A stretch of DNA of 64,000 nt from contig OMYF01000007.1 in the NCBI GenBank assembly GCA_900315205.1, positions 1,969-65,968 of the forward strand, read 5' to 3'. Positions 19,347 to 29,041 of this stretch are shown here, in pieces. The position numbers and the translations under genes were made by a program. A model generated the notes under the pieces. That model did no database searches, was not told where the DNA came from, and saw nothing but the letters and a program-made list of their open reading frames with translations. How positions within the stretch are numbered: the stretch's first letter is position 1; the number at the start of each line of letters is the position of its first letter. This stretch comes from an uncultured Acidaminococcus sp. (GTDB lineage: Bacteria > Bacillota > Negativicutes > Acidaminococcales > Acidaminococcaceae).

Positions 19347-20030
19347 CTACTCCCTTCGTTCGTCCTTGATCAGCTTGCCGTCCCGGATGGTCAGGATCCG
19401 CTGGGTCATGTCCGCCAGCTCCGGTTCATGCGTGACCATGATGACTGTCTTACCCTCGTGGTTCAGCTTTTCAAAGATATCAATGATTTCCAGCGTGGAT
19501 TTCGTATCCAGGTTGCCCGTCGGTTCGTCCGCCATGATGATGGCCGGATTGTTGATGAGGGCGCGGGCGATGGCCACACGCTGGCGCTGCCCGCCGCTCA
19601 TCTCATTGGGTTTGTGGTACATCCGCTCACCCAGTCCCACTTCCTGCAGGGCTTTTTCAGCCCGTTCGGTCCGTTCCTTCAGGCCGACCCCCGCATAGAT
19701 GAGGGGCAGGGCCACGTTTTCCACGGCTGTCAGCCGGCTCAGCAGGTTGAAGCTCTGAAATACGAAACCGATGCGCGCGTTCCGCGTATGGGCCAGCTCA
19801 TCGTCCGAATACTGGGCAATGTCCTTGCCCTCCAGGATATAGTGCCCCGATGTGGGACGGTCCAGGCACCCCAGGACATTCATCAGGCTGGATTTGCCGC
19901 TTCCGGACGGCCCGACGATGGAAGTGAACTTGCCCTTTTCGAAATTCACAGTGATGTGGTTCAGGGCATACACCGTCGTGTCGCCCATGACATACGCTTT
20001 TACGATGTCTTTCAATTCAATGACGTTCAT
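19347..20030 (-). CDS. ABC transporter ATP-binding protein (MacB/LolD type)
   Basis: 227 aa with Walker A GPSGSGKSS, signature MSGGQRQRVAIARAL and Walker B IIMADEPTGNLD. Confidence 0.95.
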   Translation of the reverse strand: MNVIELKDIVKAYVMGDTTVYALNHITVNFEKGKFTSIVGPSGSGKSSLMNVLGCLDRPTSGHYILEGKDIAQYSDDELAHTRNARIGFVFQSFNLLSRLTAVENVALPLIYAGVGLKERTERAEKALQEVGLGERMYHKPNEMSGGQRQRVAIARALINNPAIIMADEPTGNLDTKSTLEIIDIFEKLNHEGKTVIMVTHEPELADMTQRILTIRDGKLIKDERRE

Positions 20031-20051
20031 GGTGACTGCCTCCGTCTTTCA

Positions 20052-21116
20052 TCAAATGGGAGGACCTCCCCGGGTCTGGGTCTTCACCGTGGTCGTCTTG
20101 ACGACAAGTTCATCCCCGTCATTGATATCGCCGCTGACAGCGATCCGGTCTTCTCCGGCCATCAGCTGTTTGATGTCGACTTCTTTCTGATTGCCCGTAG
20201 CCCGGTCGAGGACCTTGACATACGTCCGGCCGTTGTCCGAGAAGATGCACTTGCTCGAGATGGTCATGACATCCTTCATTTCGCTGATGATGACATTGGC
20301 GCGGGCCGTCATGGTCGGCAGCAGCTTGTTGTCCACGTTGTCCACGTCGACATAGCACTTGTAGTAATTGACGTTGTTCGTCGTGGTCGCGCTGCGGCTG
20401 ATCAGCGTCACGACACCGTAGAAGGTCTCATCCGGATAGGCATCGACCGTGAATTCCACCTGCTGGCCGTCACGGATCTGCCCGATATCGGATTCATCCA
20501 CCATCAGTTCGATCTGCATCTTGTCCAGCGTCGCCACATTCATGATGACCTGCGGCGAAGAAATACCGGAGGATACCGTCTGCCCGACGGAAGTCGGCTT
20601 GCCGATGACATAGCCGTCGATCGGGGACGTGATGACCGTATCGTTCGTATTGGCCACAGCCTGTTCGTAATCCGCCTTGGCGTAGAGGTAATTGGCCTCC
20701 GCCGTATCGAAGATGCTCTGGGAAATGGCACCTTCCTGCACGAGGGCCAGATCGCGGCGGTACGTCGCCTCCCGGTCCTGCATGGTGGCGCGCTTCATTT
20801 CCTGGGTCTTCCGCAGGGACGTGTCGTCCAGTTTGACCAGGGTCTGCCCGGCCCGGACGAACTCATTCTCCTTGACATACACGGCCACGATACGTCCCGT
20901 GATCTTGGAGTTGATATCGACATTGTCCTGGGCACTCATGGCGCCCGTAGCCGATACCGTCTTGCGCAGTGTCCCGATCGTTGCCTTGTCCGTACGGATC
21001 TGGGCAAGCGCTTCCCTGGCCTTCCTGCTGCGGTACCATAATCCGCCGCCGACGGAGGCGATCAGGAGCACAACGACAAAAAGCAAAAGATATTTATGCC
21101 GTTTAAAGAAATTCAC
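20052..21116 (-). CDS. efflux transporter periplasmic adaptor subunit (HlyD/MacA family)
   Basis: I trimmed the track ORF to the GTG at 21116 (MNFFKRHKYLLLFVV...), which follows AGGGGGGAG. It has an N-terminal anchor, a lipoyl-like segment (NSKITGRIVAVYVKENEFVRAGQTLVKLD), a coiled-coil hairpin and a beta-barrel domain. The start could also be 21143. Confidence 0.85.
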   Translation of the reverse strand: MNFFKRHKYLLLFVVVLLIASVGGGLWYRSRKAREALAQIRTDKATIGTLRKTVSATGAMSAQDNVDINSKITGRIVAVYVKENEFVRAGQTLVKLDDTSLRKTQEMKRATMQDREATYRRDLALVQEGAISQSIFDTAEANYLYAKADYEQAVANTNDTVITSPIDGYVIGKPTSVGQTVSSGISSPQVIMNVATLDKMQIELMVDESDIGQIRDGQQVEFTVDAYPDETFYGVVTLISRSATTTNNVNYYKCYVDVDNVDNKLLPTMTARANVIISEMKDVMTISSKCIFSDNGRTYVKVLDRATGNQKEVDIKQLMAGEDRIAVSGDINDGDELVVKTTTVKTQTRGGPPI

Positions 21117-21289
21117 ATTCTCCCCCCTACCTTGCTTGAACACGCATCAGATTCTTCCAGCCTGCAGCTCCATCATAACAGGTGTTTATGAATAGCACAT
21201 GAACAGGGTCATAACATTCATTGAACAAAATGCTCCGGAAACCACAGGGATACGCAATGCTTCCTTACGCTGCAATGATCCCTTTCCTG

Positions 21290-22546
21290 TCAGGACCGGA
21301 TCTGGCCGTTCCCGTCGATGAGGTATTTGATGGTCGTCAGCTCCGGCAGCGCCATCGGTCCCCGGGCATGCAGCTTCTGCGTGCTGATGCCGATTTCCGC
21401 GCCGAATCCGAATTCAAAGCCGTCCGTGAAGCGCGTGGACGCGTTCACATAGACGCAGGCCGCATCCACCCGCTGCTGGAAGTAGCGGGCCGCCTCGTAA
21501 TTGTCCGTGACGATGGCCTCGGAATGGCCCGTCCCGTAGCGCCGGATATGGGCGATCGCTTCATCGATGCTGTCCACGACTTTTACGCTGAGGCGCAGAT
21601 CATTATATTCCGTACGCCAGTCCTCTTCCGTAGCCGCAGCCATGGAAGCATCGTAGGAACGGGTCCGGTCATCCCCGAAAATCGTCACATGGGCCTTTTT
21701 GTACGTCTCCAGCATTACGGGCAGGAAACAGTCCGCAATATTTTTATGGACCAGCAGGGTCTCCATGGAATTGCAGGTGCTCGGCCGGTTCACTTTGGCG
21801 TTGAGCGCGATCGATACGGCCATGGCGACATCGGCTGCCGCGTCCACATAGGTATGGCAGACGCCGGCGCCCGTCTCGATGACCGGCACGGAGGCATTGC
21901 GGACCACCGTCCTGATCAGACCCGCTCCGCCGCGGGGGATCACAACATCGATCAGCCCGTCCAGATGGATCAGTTCATCCACGGCTTCCCGTTCCTCCAC
22001 ATTGATGAACTGCACCGCGCCCTGCGGCAGCCCGGCTTTCTGTCCCGCTGCGATCAGGGCGTCACTGACTGCCTTGTTGGAATGGAGCGCCTCCCGGCCG
22101 CCCTTTAAGATCACGGCATTGCCGCTCTTGACGCAGAGAGCGATGGCATCAGCCGTCACGTTCGGACGGGCTTCATAGATGATGCCGATAAGGCCGAGCG
22201 GCACGGACACTTTCGTCAGCGTCAGCCCGTTCGGCAGGTTCGCCCCGCCAAGGATGCGACCGACCGGATCCGGCAGACTGGCGACCTGCCGGATGCCCGT
22301 GGCCATCTGAGCCAGCCGCTCATGGGTCAGCAGCAGGCGGTCCAGGAAGGAATCCCTGAGGCCGTCCTGCCGGCCCTTTTCCATATCACCGGCATTGGCT
22401 TCCAGGATTTCCTTTTCCGAAGCCATCAGTCCGTCCGCCATGGCCAGCAGGATGTCATTCTTGACCTTTGTATTCAGGAGCCCCAGATCGACGGAAGCCG
22501 CTTTGGCAGCTTCGGCCTGGATCCGGACCATTCCGCGCTCATACAT
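21290..22546 (-). CDS. proA: glutamate-5-semialdehyde dehydrogenase
   Basis: 418 aa with the aldehyde-dehydrogenase fold and the typical ProA pattern (catalytic-Cys region STCNSMETLLVH). It lies immediately downstream of proB. Confidence 0.95.
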   Translation of the reverse strand: MYERGMVRIQAEAAKAASVDLGLLNTKVKNDILLAMADGLMASEKEILEANAGDMEKGRQDGLRDSFLDRLLLTHERLAQMATGIRQVASLPDPVGRILGGANLPNGLTLTKVSVPLGLIGIIYEARPNVTADAIALCVKSGNAVILKGGREALHSNKAVSDALIAAGQKAGLPQGAVQFINVEEREAVDELIHLDGLIDVVIPRGGAGLIRTVVRNASVPVIETGAGVCHTYVDAAADVAMAVSIALNAKVNRPSTCNSMETLLVHKNIADCFLPVMLETYKKAHVTIFGDDRTRSYDASMAAATEEDWRTEYNDLRLSVKVVDSIDEAIAHIRRYGTGHSEAIVTDNYEAARYFQQRVDAACVYVNASTRFTDGFEFGFGAEIGISTQKLHARGPMALPELTTIKYLIDGNGQIRS

Positions 22547-22558
22547 TGCAATCCCTCC

Positions 22559-23683
22559 TCACATGATCACCAGGTTGTCCCGATGGATGACTTCGTCCGT
22601 ATGGGTATACCCCAGGATCTTCTCGATATCCTTCGTCTGGCAGCCGAGGATCTTCCGCAGGTCCTCCGTGCCGTAATTGACGATTCCCCGGGCCAGTTCA
22701 TGGCCTGTTTTATCGACGACGCTCACCGTCACGCCGCTTTCGAAATTCCCCTTCACATCCGTCACTCCGACCGGGAGGATGCTGCAGGTGCCGTTTTTGC
22801 GGATTGCCGCGGCAAGGCCGTCATCGACGGCGATCGTGCCCTCTACCCGGGCGCCGAAAGCAAGCCACTGCTTGCGGAACTGCAGATGGGAAACGTGCGG
22901 CAGGAATACGGTCCCGACCGGTTCTCCCCGCAGGATGGCCCGCAGGATCTCCGGGTCCGCCCCGGAAGCGATGACCAGGGCGATCCCTGACGAATTGGCC
23001 ACCTTGGCAGCCTGGATCTTGGTGATCATGCCGCCGGTCCCGTTCCTGGATCCGGCACCGCCGGCCATGGCCTCCAGCCCGGCTGTGATCTCCGTGACCT
23101 CCGGGATCCGGACTGCTTCCGGATGGGTCTGGGGATTGGCTGTATAAAGGCCGTCCACATCGGACAGGAGGATGTCCACATCGGCGTCCACGATGCCCGC
23201 GACGAGAGCGGACAGATTGTCATTGTCCCCGATCTTGAATTCATCGATGGCCACGACGTCGTTCTCATTGACCACGGGGATCACACCCCACTCGATGAGC
23301 CGCTGGAATGTATTGCGCGCGTTGGCGTAATGATGCCGGTCCAGCGTATCCGCACGGGTCAGGAGCACCTGTGCCACCGTCTGGCCGTATTCGGCAAAGA
23401 GCCGCTCATAGATATGCATGAGGATGCCCTGGCCCACAGCCGCGCAGGCCTGTTTGCCCGGGATATCCCGCGGTTTTTCGGAAAACTTCAGTTTTCCCAC
23501 ACCGACGGCACCCGCTCCGGAAGAAACCAGGATCATCTGCTTTCCCTGGTTCTGCAGATCCGCCATCACGCGGGCCAGTTTTTCGATTTTCTCATAATTG
23601 ACCTTGCCATTGGGATACGTGATCGTGCTGGACCCGACCTTGACGACGATGCGCCTGGCTTCCGTCAACCCTTTCCGTTCCAT
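22559..23683 (-). CDS. proB: glutamate 5-kinase (with C-terminal PUA domain)
   Basis: I trimmed the track ORF to the ATG at 23683 (MERKGLTEARRIVVKVGSSTITY...), which follows a GGTGGAAGGA RBS. 374 aa with an amino-acid-kinase fold plus a PUA-like C-terminus. Confidence 0.9.
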   Translation of the reverse strand: MERKGLTEARRIVVKVGSSTITYPNGKVNYEKIEKLARVMADLQNQGKQMILVSSGAGAVGVGKLKFSEKPRDIPGKQACAAVGQGILMHIYERLFAEYGQTVAQVLLTRADTLDRHHYANARNTFQRLIEWGVIPVVNENDVVAIDEFKIGDNDNLSALVAGIVDADVDILLSDVDGLYTANPQTHPEAVRIPEVTEITAGLEAMAGGAGSRNGTGGMITKIQAAKVANSSGIALVIASGADPEILRAILRGEPVGTVFLPHVSHLQFRKQWLAFGARVEGTIAVDDGLAAAIRKNGTCSILPVGVTDVKGNFESGVTVSVVDKTGHELARGIVNYGTEDLRKILGCQTKDIEKILGYTHTDEVIHRDNLVIM

Positions 23684-23796
23684 TCCTTCCACCGCCTTTT
23701 CCTCTGCCCGGCCCCCGGCCTGACAGCCGGCTCCGGAAAAACGATGCTGCAGGCATGCGGTCTGCTCCGCGCCTTCCCGCACCGTTTCCCGGCGGA

Positions 23797-25077
23797 CTAA
23801 TACTGATCGTGAAAATCGAAGACCATTTCGCCGATCTTGACGGACTGGCCTTCTTCAATGCCTTTTTCCCTGAGTGCCTTTTCGATCCCCAGCCGGCGCC
23901 AGATCAGCTGGAAGCGGTAAAGGGCCTCCTCGTTGTCGAAATTGGTCATTGCCACGAGCCGTTCGATATTCTTGCCTTTGACTTCAAAATCCGCATCTTC
24001 CGTATCCGTCAGGATCGTGAACGCATCGGGGTCCTCTTCTTTGACCTGCCCGATCTCAAGGAATTCGGAATCGCGCGGCGCCTTCTGGAGCATCTCATAA
24101 GCCTTGAACATCACTTCCCGGAGTCCCTGCCCCGTGGCTGCGGATACTTTCATGATCGGATATCCCAGTTCCTTCACGCAGGCTTCCAGGGCCGGGAAAT
24201 GCTCCTCCGCCCCGGGCAGATCCATCTTATTGGCAACGACGAGCTGCGGCCGTTTGGCCAGCTTCTCACTGTAAAGCGCAAGTTCCTCATTGATCTTCCG
24301 GAAATCTTCTGCCGGATCGCGGCCTTCACAGCCGCTGCAGTCCACGACATGCATGATGACCCGCGTCCGCTCGATGTGGCGCAGGAAATCATGGCCCAGC
24401 CCCACACCTTTCGAAGCACCATCGATGAGGCCCGGCAGGTCAGCCAGGACAAAGGACGTTTCCTCGTTCAGGCGCACCACGCCGAGGACCGGGCTGAGGG
24501 TCGTGAAATGATAGGCCGCCACTTCCGGACGGGCTGCGGAAACCCGGGCCACGATGCTGGATTTGCCCACACTGGGATACCCGACCATCCCCACGTCGGC
24601 AAGCAGCTTCAGTTCCAGGCGGAGCCAGCTTTTGGTGCCCGGTTCCCCCTTCTCGGCAAATGTGACGCCCTGCTTCGTACTCGTCACATAGCAGGCATTG
24701 CCCTTGCCGCCGCGGCCGCCACGGGCAGCCCGGAAACGGTCCCCCTTATGGGAGAGGTCCGCCAGGACGACGCCGGTCGCGTCATCGATGACGACAGTCC
24801 CCAGGGGCACCCTGACCTCCACATCGTCCGCCTTGTGGCCCGTGCAGTTCTTGGCTCCGCCGTTGCCGCCGCGGGAAGCGACGAATTTCCTTTTATAGCG
24901 GAAATCCACCAGCGTATTGAGATTGTCATCGACGACGAGCCAGACACTGCCGCCGCGGCCCCCGTTCCCGCCGTCGGGCCCGCCGTGGGCCACGAATTTC
25001 TCTCTCCGGAAACTGGAGGCGCCGTCGCCGCCGCTCCCGGCTTCCACATAGATCCTTGCTTTATCTGTAAATAACAT
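23797..25077 (-). CDS. obg: GTPase Obg/CgtA
   Basis: 426 aa. It has the N-terminal Gly-rich Obg fold (GGDGASSFRREKFVAHGGPDGGNGGRGGSVW), G1 GYPSVGKSS and a C-terminal OCT/DUF1967-like domain. Confidence 0.95.
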   Translation of the reverse strand: MLFTDKARIYVEAGSGGDGASSFRREKFVAHGGPDGGNGGRGGSVWLVVDDNLNTLVDFRYKRKFVASRGGNGGAKNCTGHKADDVEVRVPLGTVVIDDATGVVLADLSHKGDRFRAARGGRGGKGNACYVTSTKQGVTFAEKGEPGTKSWLRLELKLLADVGMVGYPSVGKSSIVARVSAARPEVAAYHFTTLSPVLGVVRLNEETSFVLADLPGLIDGASKGVGLGHDFLRHIERTRVIMHVVDCSGCEGRDPAEDFRKINEELALYSEKLAKRPQLVVANKMDLPGAEEHFPALEACVKELGYPIMKVSAATGQGLREVMFKAYEMLQKAPRDSEFLEIGQVKEEDPDAFTILTDTEDADFEVKGKNIERLVAMTNFDNEEALYRFQLIWRRLGIEKALREKGIEEGQSVKIGEMVFDFHDQY

Positions 25078-25238
25078 GATCCAGCCTTTCTTTGCAAATA
25101 AAATAAAATCAAAAAAACATGTAGTAGTAAATTATATAATACATCGGACAAAAATACCACTTGCCCGTCTTTTTCGCTTCAGAGGCCGTTGAAAAATCCC
25201 GGAACTGTGCAGGAAAAAACAAAAATCAAAAAAAATCA

Positions 25239-25266
25239 TTGACATTCTTTTGAATTCAGGTATAAT
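25239..25266 (+). promoter_or_regulatory. sigma-70-type promoter of tRNA-Arg
   Basis: TTGACA (25239-25244), a 16-nt spacer, then TATAAT (25261-25266). The mature tRNA 5' end lies 18 nt downstream of the -10. Confidence 0.8.
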
Positions 25267-25283
25267 AAGTAATGTTCAGTTAT

Positions 25284-25360
<77 letters not shown>

Positions 25361-25371
25361 ATTGAAATCAG

Positions 25372-25402
25372 CCGTGGAACAGCCGTTCCACGGTTTTTTA
25401 TT
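25372..25402 (+). terminator. rho-independent terminator after tRNA-Arg
   Basis: CCGTGGAAC-agc-GTTCCACGG followed by TTTTTTATTTT. Confidence 0.85.
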
Positions 25403-25507
25403 TTGCCCTGCCGCAGCAGCAGGAGCATGCCTTTATGACTATCGGGATGAGCTTCCCTCCGCCCGCGGCGGCCGGAAGCAGGCGGCCTCACACCTTTCTG
25501 TGCCGCG

Positions 25508-25567
25508 ATCTGCAAAAAAACTGCCCGCTCCCTTCCAGACAGGAGCAGGCAGGCTTTTTTGCAGATC
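25508..25567. terminator. bidirectional terminator downstream of the esterase gene
   Basis: Inner stem CTGCCCGCTCC / GGAGCAGGCAG is nested in outer stem GATCTGCAAAAAA / TTTTTTGCAGATC, with U-runs both ways. Confidence 0.8.
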
Positions 25568-25568
25568 T

Positions 25569-26894
25569 TCAGTGCGCGCGGCGCTGGGCAAAGAGCCAGT
25601 CCCGGATTGCCGGGATCTGATAGGCAAAGGTCCAGGTATACATATGGCTGCCGCCGGCAAAGACCGTGTAGTTCATCGGCGCACCCTGCGCTGCGAGCGC
25701 GCGGGCTTTGGCATCCAGTTCCGCCGCGGAAAGCGTGCTGTCCCACGGCTCCGCCGTGCGGGCGATCCGCGTCCCCAGGCTTTCCCAGAGAGCCGTCGCG
25801 GCATTCATGCCGGGATAGGCCTTGGTGTCGCCTTCACAGACCGTGATCCACAGATGCTTGTCCTTCATGGCCTTCATTTCCTCCGTATTCCACTGGCAGG
25901 CCACAAGGTACTGAGCCGCGAAAAGATCGGGATAGCGGTCGCTGATGGCGATATTCGTCATGCCGCCCTGGGACTGGCCCGTACCGTAGATCCGTTCAGG
26001 GTCCACACTGTACGCAGCAGCGATATGCTGCAGCAGATGGCTCACCAGCGTCAGGCCCTTCGTCCAGGTGTTCGTATCATCCGTCAGCATCCCCAGCTGC
26101 GTCACCAGCTTGTCCGTGTACTGCGGGGCCAGGATAATGGCCGGATGTTTGTGCTGTTCCTCCGCAGAGGCAAAGATGACGGCCCCCATGCCCTGATAGA
26201 GCGGTGTCGTCAGATCATTGTTGTTGGCACTCATATCGGCACAGAAGAAAAGGAGCGGATATTTCTTCTGGGGATCATACTTTTCAGGCAGGTACAGATT
26301 GTACGGGATGGACCATCCCGTTTCCGGATCCGTATAAAGATGCTGCGTAAAGCCCGCCAGATCCGGTTCCTCCGTGGCGCTGCTCCGATAGATCCGGTCC
26401 ATCGGCGCAAGGACCTGTCCCCGCGCGGTCTTCACTTCTCCGACCTGGCGGACAGCCACAGAAAGATCGGGAGCCGTGCGGTCCGAATGGGTGGGGACCT
26501 TCGGCTCCTCTGCCGCGCCCTTTCCCTTTCCGTCCTTCTCCCCGTTCCGGGACGGCAGCACCATGGGTACGGTGTTATGCTGGGCAAACTTCAGGATGAC
26601 GTACTGCCCGGGGCGGGCACTGCTGCCGGAAGCAGGCTCCCGGCCGACGGTCACGGATTCTATGGTGCGGCCGTCCACGGCAAAATCCTCTGCCTGGACG
26701 GAGGCAGGATCAAGAGGACTCGTATAATGGAGCACGGCTTCCGCCACTTTTTCCCCATCCCCGTAGACATGGGTGACGGCCGTCACTTTGTCGACCGGCC
26801 AGACAGGAACTGCAGTCCCGGCCGCCTCTGCCGCGGCACCGGCAGTGAGCAGTCCGGCTGTAAAGAGCACAAGGGCAAGACTTTTTTTCTTCAT
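25569..26894 (-). CDS. secreted alpha/beta-hydrolase (esterase/lipase-like)
   Basis: I trimmed the track ORF to the ATG at 26894 (MKKKSLALVLFTAGLLTAGAAAEA, a signal peptide). 441 aa. The C-terminal half has the nucleophile elbow GQSQGG and the layout of PHB-depolymerase/phospholipase-carboxylesterase-type hydrolases. The N-terminal ~190 aa is an unassigned domain. Confidence 0.7.
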   Translation of the reverse strand: MKKKSLALVLFTAGLLTAGAAAEAAGTAVPVWPVDKVTAVTHVYGDGEKVAEAVLHYTSPLDPASVQAEDFAVDGRTIESVTVGREPASGSSARPGQYVILKFAQHNTVPMVLPSRNGEKDGKGKGAAEEPKVPTHSDRTAPDLSVAVRQVGEVKTARGQVLAPMDRIYRSSATEEPDLAGFTQHLYTDPETGWSIPYNLYLPEKYDPQKKYPLLFFCADMSANNNDLTTPLYQGMGAVIFASAEEQHKHPAIILAPQYTDKLVTQLGMLTDDTNTWTKGLTLVSHLLQHIAAAYSVDPERIYGTGQSQGGMTNIAISDRYPDLFAAQYLVACQWNTEEMKAMKDKHLWITVCEGDTKAYPGMNAATALWESLGTRIARTAEPWDSTLSAAELDAKARALAAQGAPMNYTVFAGGSHMYTWTFAYQIPAIRDWLFAQRRAH

Positions 26895-27041
26895 AAAAGG
26901 CACCTTCTTCCTGAAAAAAACCGGCACCAGCGGGTCCACGATTTTCCCGCCGTGCCGGTCCATTTCAAATTTTGCTCTTATGGTAGCACATTTCAGCAAA
27001 AGATGTAAGTAAAAAATCGAGTCTCTCTTCCCGATATTTTT

Positions 27042-27070
27042 TTGACAAATGGACGGAGAATGAGTAAAAT
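27042..27070 (+). promoter_or_regulatory. sigma-70-type promoter of the HMA metallochaperone gene
   Basis: TTGACA (27042-27047), a 17-nt spacer, then TAAAAT (27065-27070). Confidence 0.7.
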
Positions 27071-27081
27071 CATAATAGTTT

Positions 27082-27103
27082 TTGGTTAGTATTCGCTAAC
27101 CAA
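27082..27103. promoter_or_regulatory. perfect 8-6-8 inverted repeat TTGGTTAG-tattcg-CTAACCAA between the -10 and the RBS of the HMA gene (candidate metalloregulator operator or 5'-UTR hairpin)
   Basis: Read directly from the sequence. It is located 12 nt downstream of the -10 hexamer and ends 2 nt before the AGGGAGG RBS. Confidence 0.5.
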
Positions 27104-27119
27104 CCAGGGAGGAATGAAA

Positions 27120-27380
27120 ATGATCAAAACAATTGCCCATGTCGAAGGCATGGTCTGCGGAATGTGTGAAGCCCATATCAATGACGCTGTCCGGAAGGCC
27201 TTTCCGAAAGCGACTCACGTGTCCTCGTCCCGTTCGAAGAAACAGGTCACTTTTGTCACGGAAGCGCCCATCGATAAAGCGGCCCTGAAAGAAGCGATCG
27301 ACCGGACGGGATACAGCTGCTATGAAATCCGGACCGAACCGTATGAAAAAAAGGGCTTCCTGAGCCGGCTCTTTGGCTGA
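27120..27380 (+). CDS. heavy-metal-associated (HMA) domain protein, CopZ-like metallochaperone
   Basis: Contains the GMVCGMCEAH metal-binding M-x-C-x-x-C motif in a ~70-aa ferredoxin-like fold with a short basic tail. I prefer the ATG at 27120, 7 nt after AGGGAGG, over the track start at 27114, which abuts the RBS. Confidence 0.8.
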   Translation: MIKTIAHVEGMVCGMCEAHINDAVRKAFPKATHVSSSRSKKQVTFVTEAPIDKAALKEAIDRTGYSCYEIRTEPYEKKGFLSRLFG

Positions 27381-27563
27381 ACCCCAACCTGCCGCCGTTC
27401 CGGCAGGAGCCGTAAAAGCGTAATCATCATTACACTTTTTATGACATCCGCTGTCACTTTTCCGTATTGATTGAAAATCTGCATCTCTTCACAAAGATTT
27501 CATTTTTTATTTAGTATAATAAAGAGAGCGATTTGCATCTGATCCAGGGGAGGAGTGTTTTTT

Positions 27564-28085
27564 ATGGAATTAAAGAAATACGCTGCCGCAGCAGTCATCG
27601 CCGCGGCCATCACAGGGACTGCAGCAGGGATGGCTGTCCCGGCATATGCCGCGGTCTCCGAAACGATCTCTGACAAACAGGCAGCCATCGATTCTGCTGC
27701 CAAAGTGGTCCCGTCCAATGCCAAACTCGTAGGGGCCAAAACGGATGAGGCCGATTTCGATCTGGATTACCTGGATCCGGCCACACTGGAACACTATGAA
27801 GTCGAAGTGGACCGGGCCACCAAAAAAGTCAAAGAAGTCGAAATCAAGAGCTCCAACTATCCGGGCAGCGTCACCGTCAACAAGACCGCGGACGATGTCA
27901 AAGCCGCAATCAGCAGCCGTTATCCGGACGCCCGGAACATCACCGTCACTACGGTCAATGACAGCAAAGAAGGCACACCCTTTGTCATCTACAAGGCTGC
28001 CTTCGAGACGGATGCCTTTACCGGCGAAGCCCTGCTGAATCCGGCCACCTGCTATATCGGCTACCAGAAGCTGGAATACAAGTAA
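27564..28085 (+). CDS. secreted protein with two PepSY-like domains
   Basis: I trimmed the track ORF to the ATG at 27564, which follows GGGGAGGAG. It has a signal peptide ending AVPAYA and two ~60-aa repeats with a PepSY-like pattern (helix followed by Y-E-V-E / F-T-G-E strands). Confidence 0.6.
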   Translation: MELKKYAAAAVIAAAITGTAAGMAVPAYAAVSETISDKQAAIDSAAKVVPSNAKLVGAKTDEADFDLDYLDPATLEHYEVEVDRATKKVKEVEIKSSNYPGSVTVNKTADDVKAAISSRYPDARNITVTTVNDSKEGTPFVIYKAAFETDAFTGEALLNPATCYIGYQKLEYK

Positions 28086-28116
28086 GCCCTGTCCGGCTGT
28101 AACAACAGTACATATC

Positions 28117-28172
28117 CGCAAAAAGACTGCCCCCGCGAACGGGAATCCCGTATCCCGTTTCGCGGGGGCAGT
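28117..28172 (-). terminator. rho-independent terminator after the LemA-TPM operon
   Basis: ~20-bp stem GACTGCCCCCGCGAACGGGA / TCCCGTTTCGCGGGGGCAGTC with one bulge, followed by TTTTT on the minus strand. Confidence 0.8.
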
Positions 28173-28230
28173 CCCATAATATCAGAGATTTTTCTGCCCC
28201 GCGTCAGTCTTTGCACCGGCTCCGGACCGG

Positions 28231-29016
28231 TCACCAGCTGCGGCTCGAACCGCCGCCTCCGCCGGAACCGCCGCCGTAGCTGCCGCCTCCGAAACCGCCG
28301 CCTCCGCCAAAACCGCCGCGGCCTCCGCCGCGGAAGAAGAAGAGGTAGAGCAGCATCCGGAAAATAGCGCCGCCGAAGAGCAGCCGGTCGATGAGCAGGA
28401 AGATCAGGATGCCGATGAGGATGATTCCCTTCGACAGAGCGGACAGTCCTCCGCCCTCATCCTGAGCCGCTGCATCAGGCGCGCGCTGCGCCGGCAGATT
28501 GTCCACGGACAGGCCGTAATTTTTGGCAGCCGTCTGGAGTACGGCCGCATATCCGTTCAGGATGCCCTTATCATAATCACCCTTTTTAAAATAAGGCAGC
28601 ATGTACTGATCCTGGATGCGTCCCGTCAGTCCGTCGGGCAGAGCGCCTTCCAGGCCATAACCGACTTCGATGCGGGATTTCCGGTCCTGCGTGGCTACGA
28701 GGATCAGGACCCCGTTGTTCAATTTTTTATCACCGATCCCCCAGCCCCGCAGTACGGCCAGCCCGTATTCCTCCGGAGCCGCTCCGTCCAGGGTCGGCAC
28801 GGTCAGTACGACGACCTGGGCTTTCGTCCTGGCAGCGAGGGCCTCGCTGTACGCCTGGATCGTCTGCCGTGTCTGACTGGAAAGGACGCCGGCCCGGTCC
28901 TGCACATAGATGCTGGAGCTGGGCTTCGGCGGAATGGATGGGGCAGCGCTGACCGGGACAAGGAAAGAAAAGAGGAACTGAAAGAGCATCAGCCCCCAAA
29001 TCAGGAATCGCCTCAT
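28231..29016 (-). CDS. TPM-domain (YgcG-like) membrane protein
   Basis: 261 aa. It has a signal peptide, a TPM core (YVQDRAGVLS...VVVLTVPTLDG...NNGVLILVATQDRKSRIEVGYGLEG), a TM helix and a Gly-rich tail GGGRGGFGGGGGFGGGSYGGGSGGGGGSS. It lies directly downstream of lemA, which is the usual pairing. Confidence 0.8.
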   Translation of the reverse strand: MRRFLIWGLMLFQFLFSFLVPVSAAPSIPPKPSSSIYVQDRAGVLSSQTRQTIQAYSEALAARTKAQVVVLTVPTLDGAAPEEYGLAVLRGWGIGDKKLNNGVLILVATQDRKSRIEVGYGLEGALPDGLTGRIQDQYMLPYFKKGDYDKGILNGYAAVLQTAAKNYGLSVDNLPAQRAPDAAAQDEGGGLSALSKGIILIGILIFLLIDRLLFGGAIFRMLLYLFFFRGGGRGGFGGGGGFGGGSYGGGSGGGGGSSRSW

Positions 29017-29041
29017 ATCGTCCCTCCTCCCCGAGCGCTGC

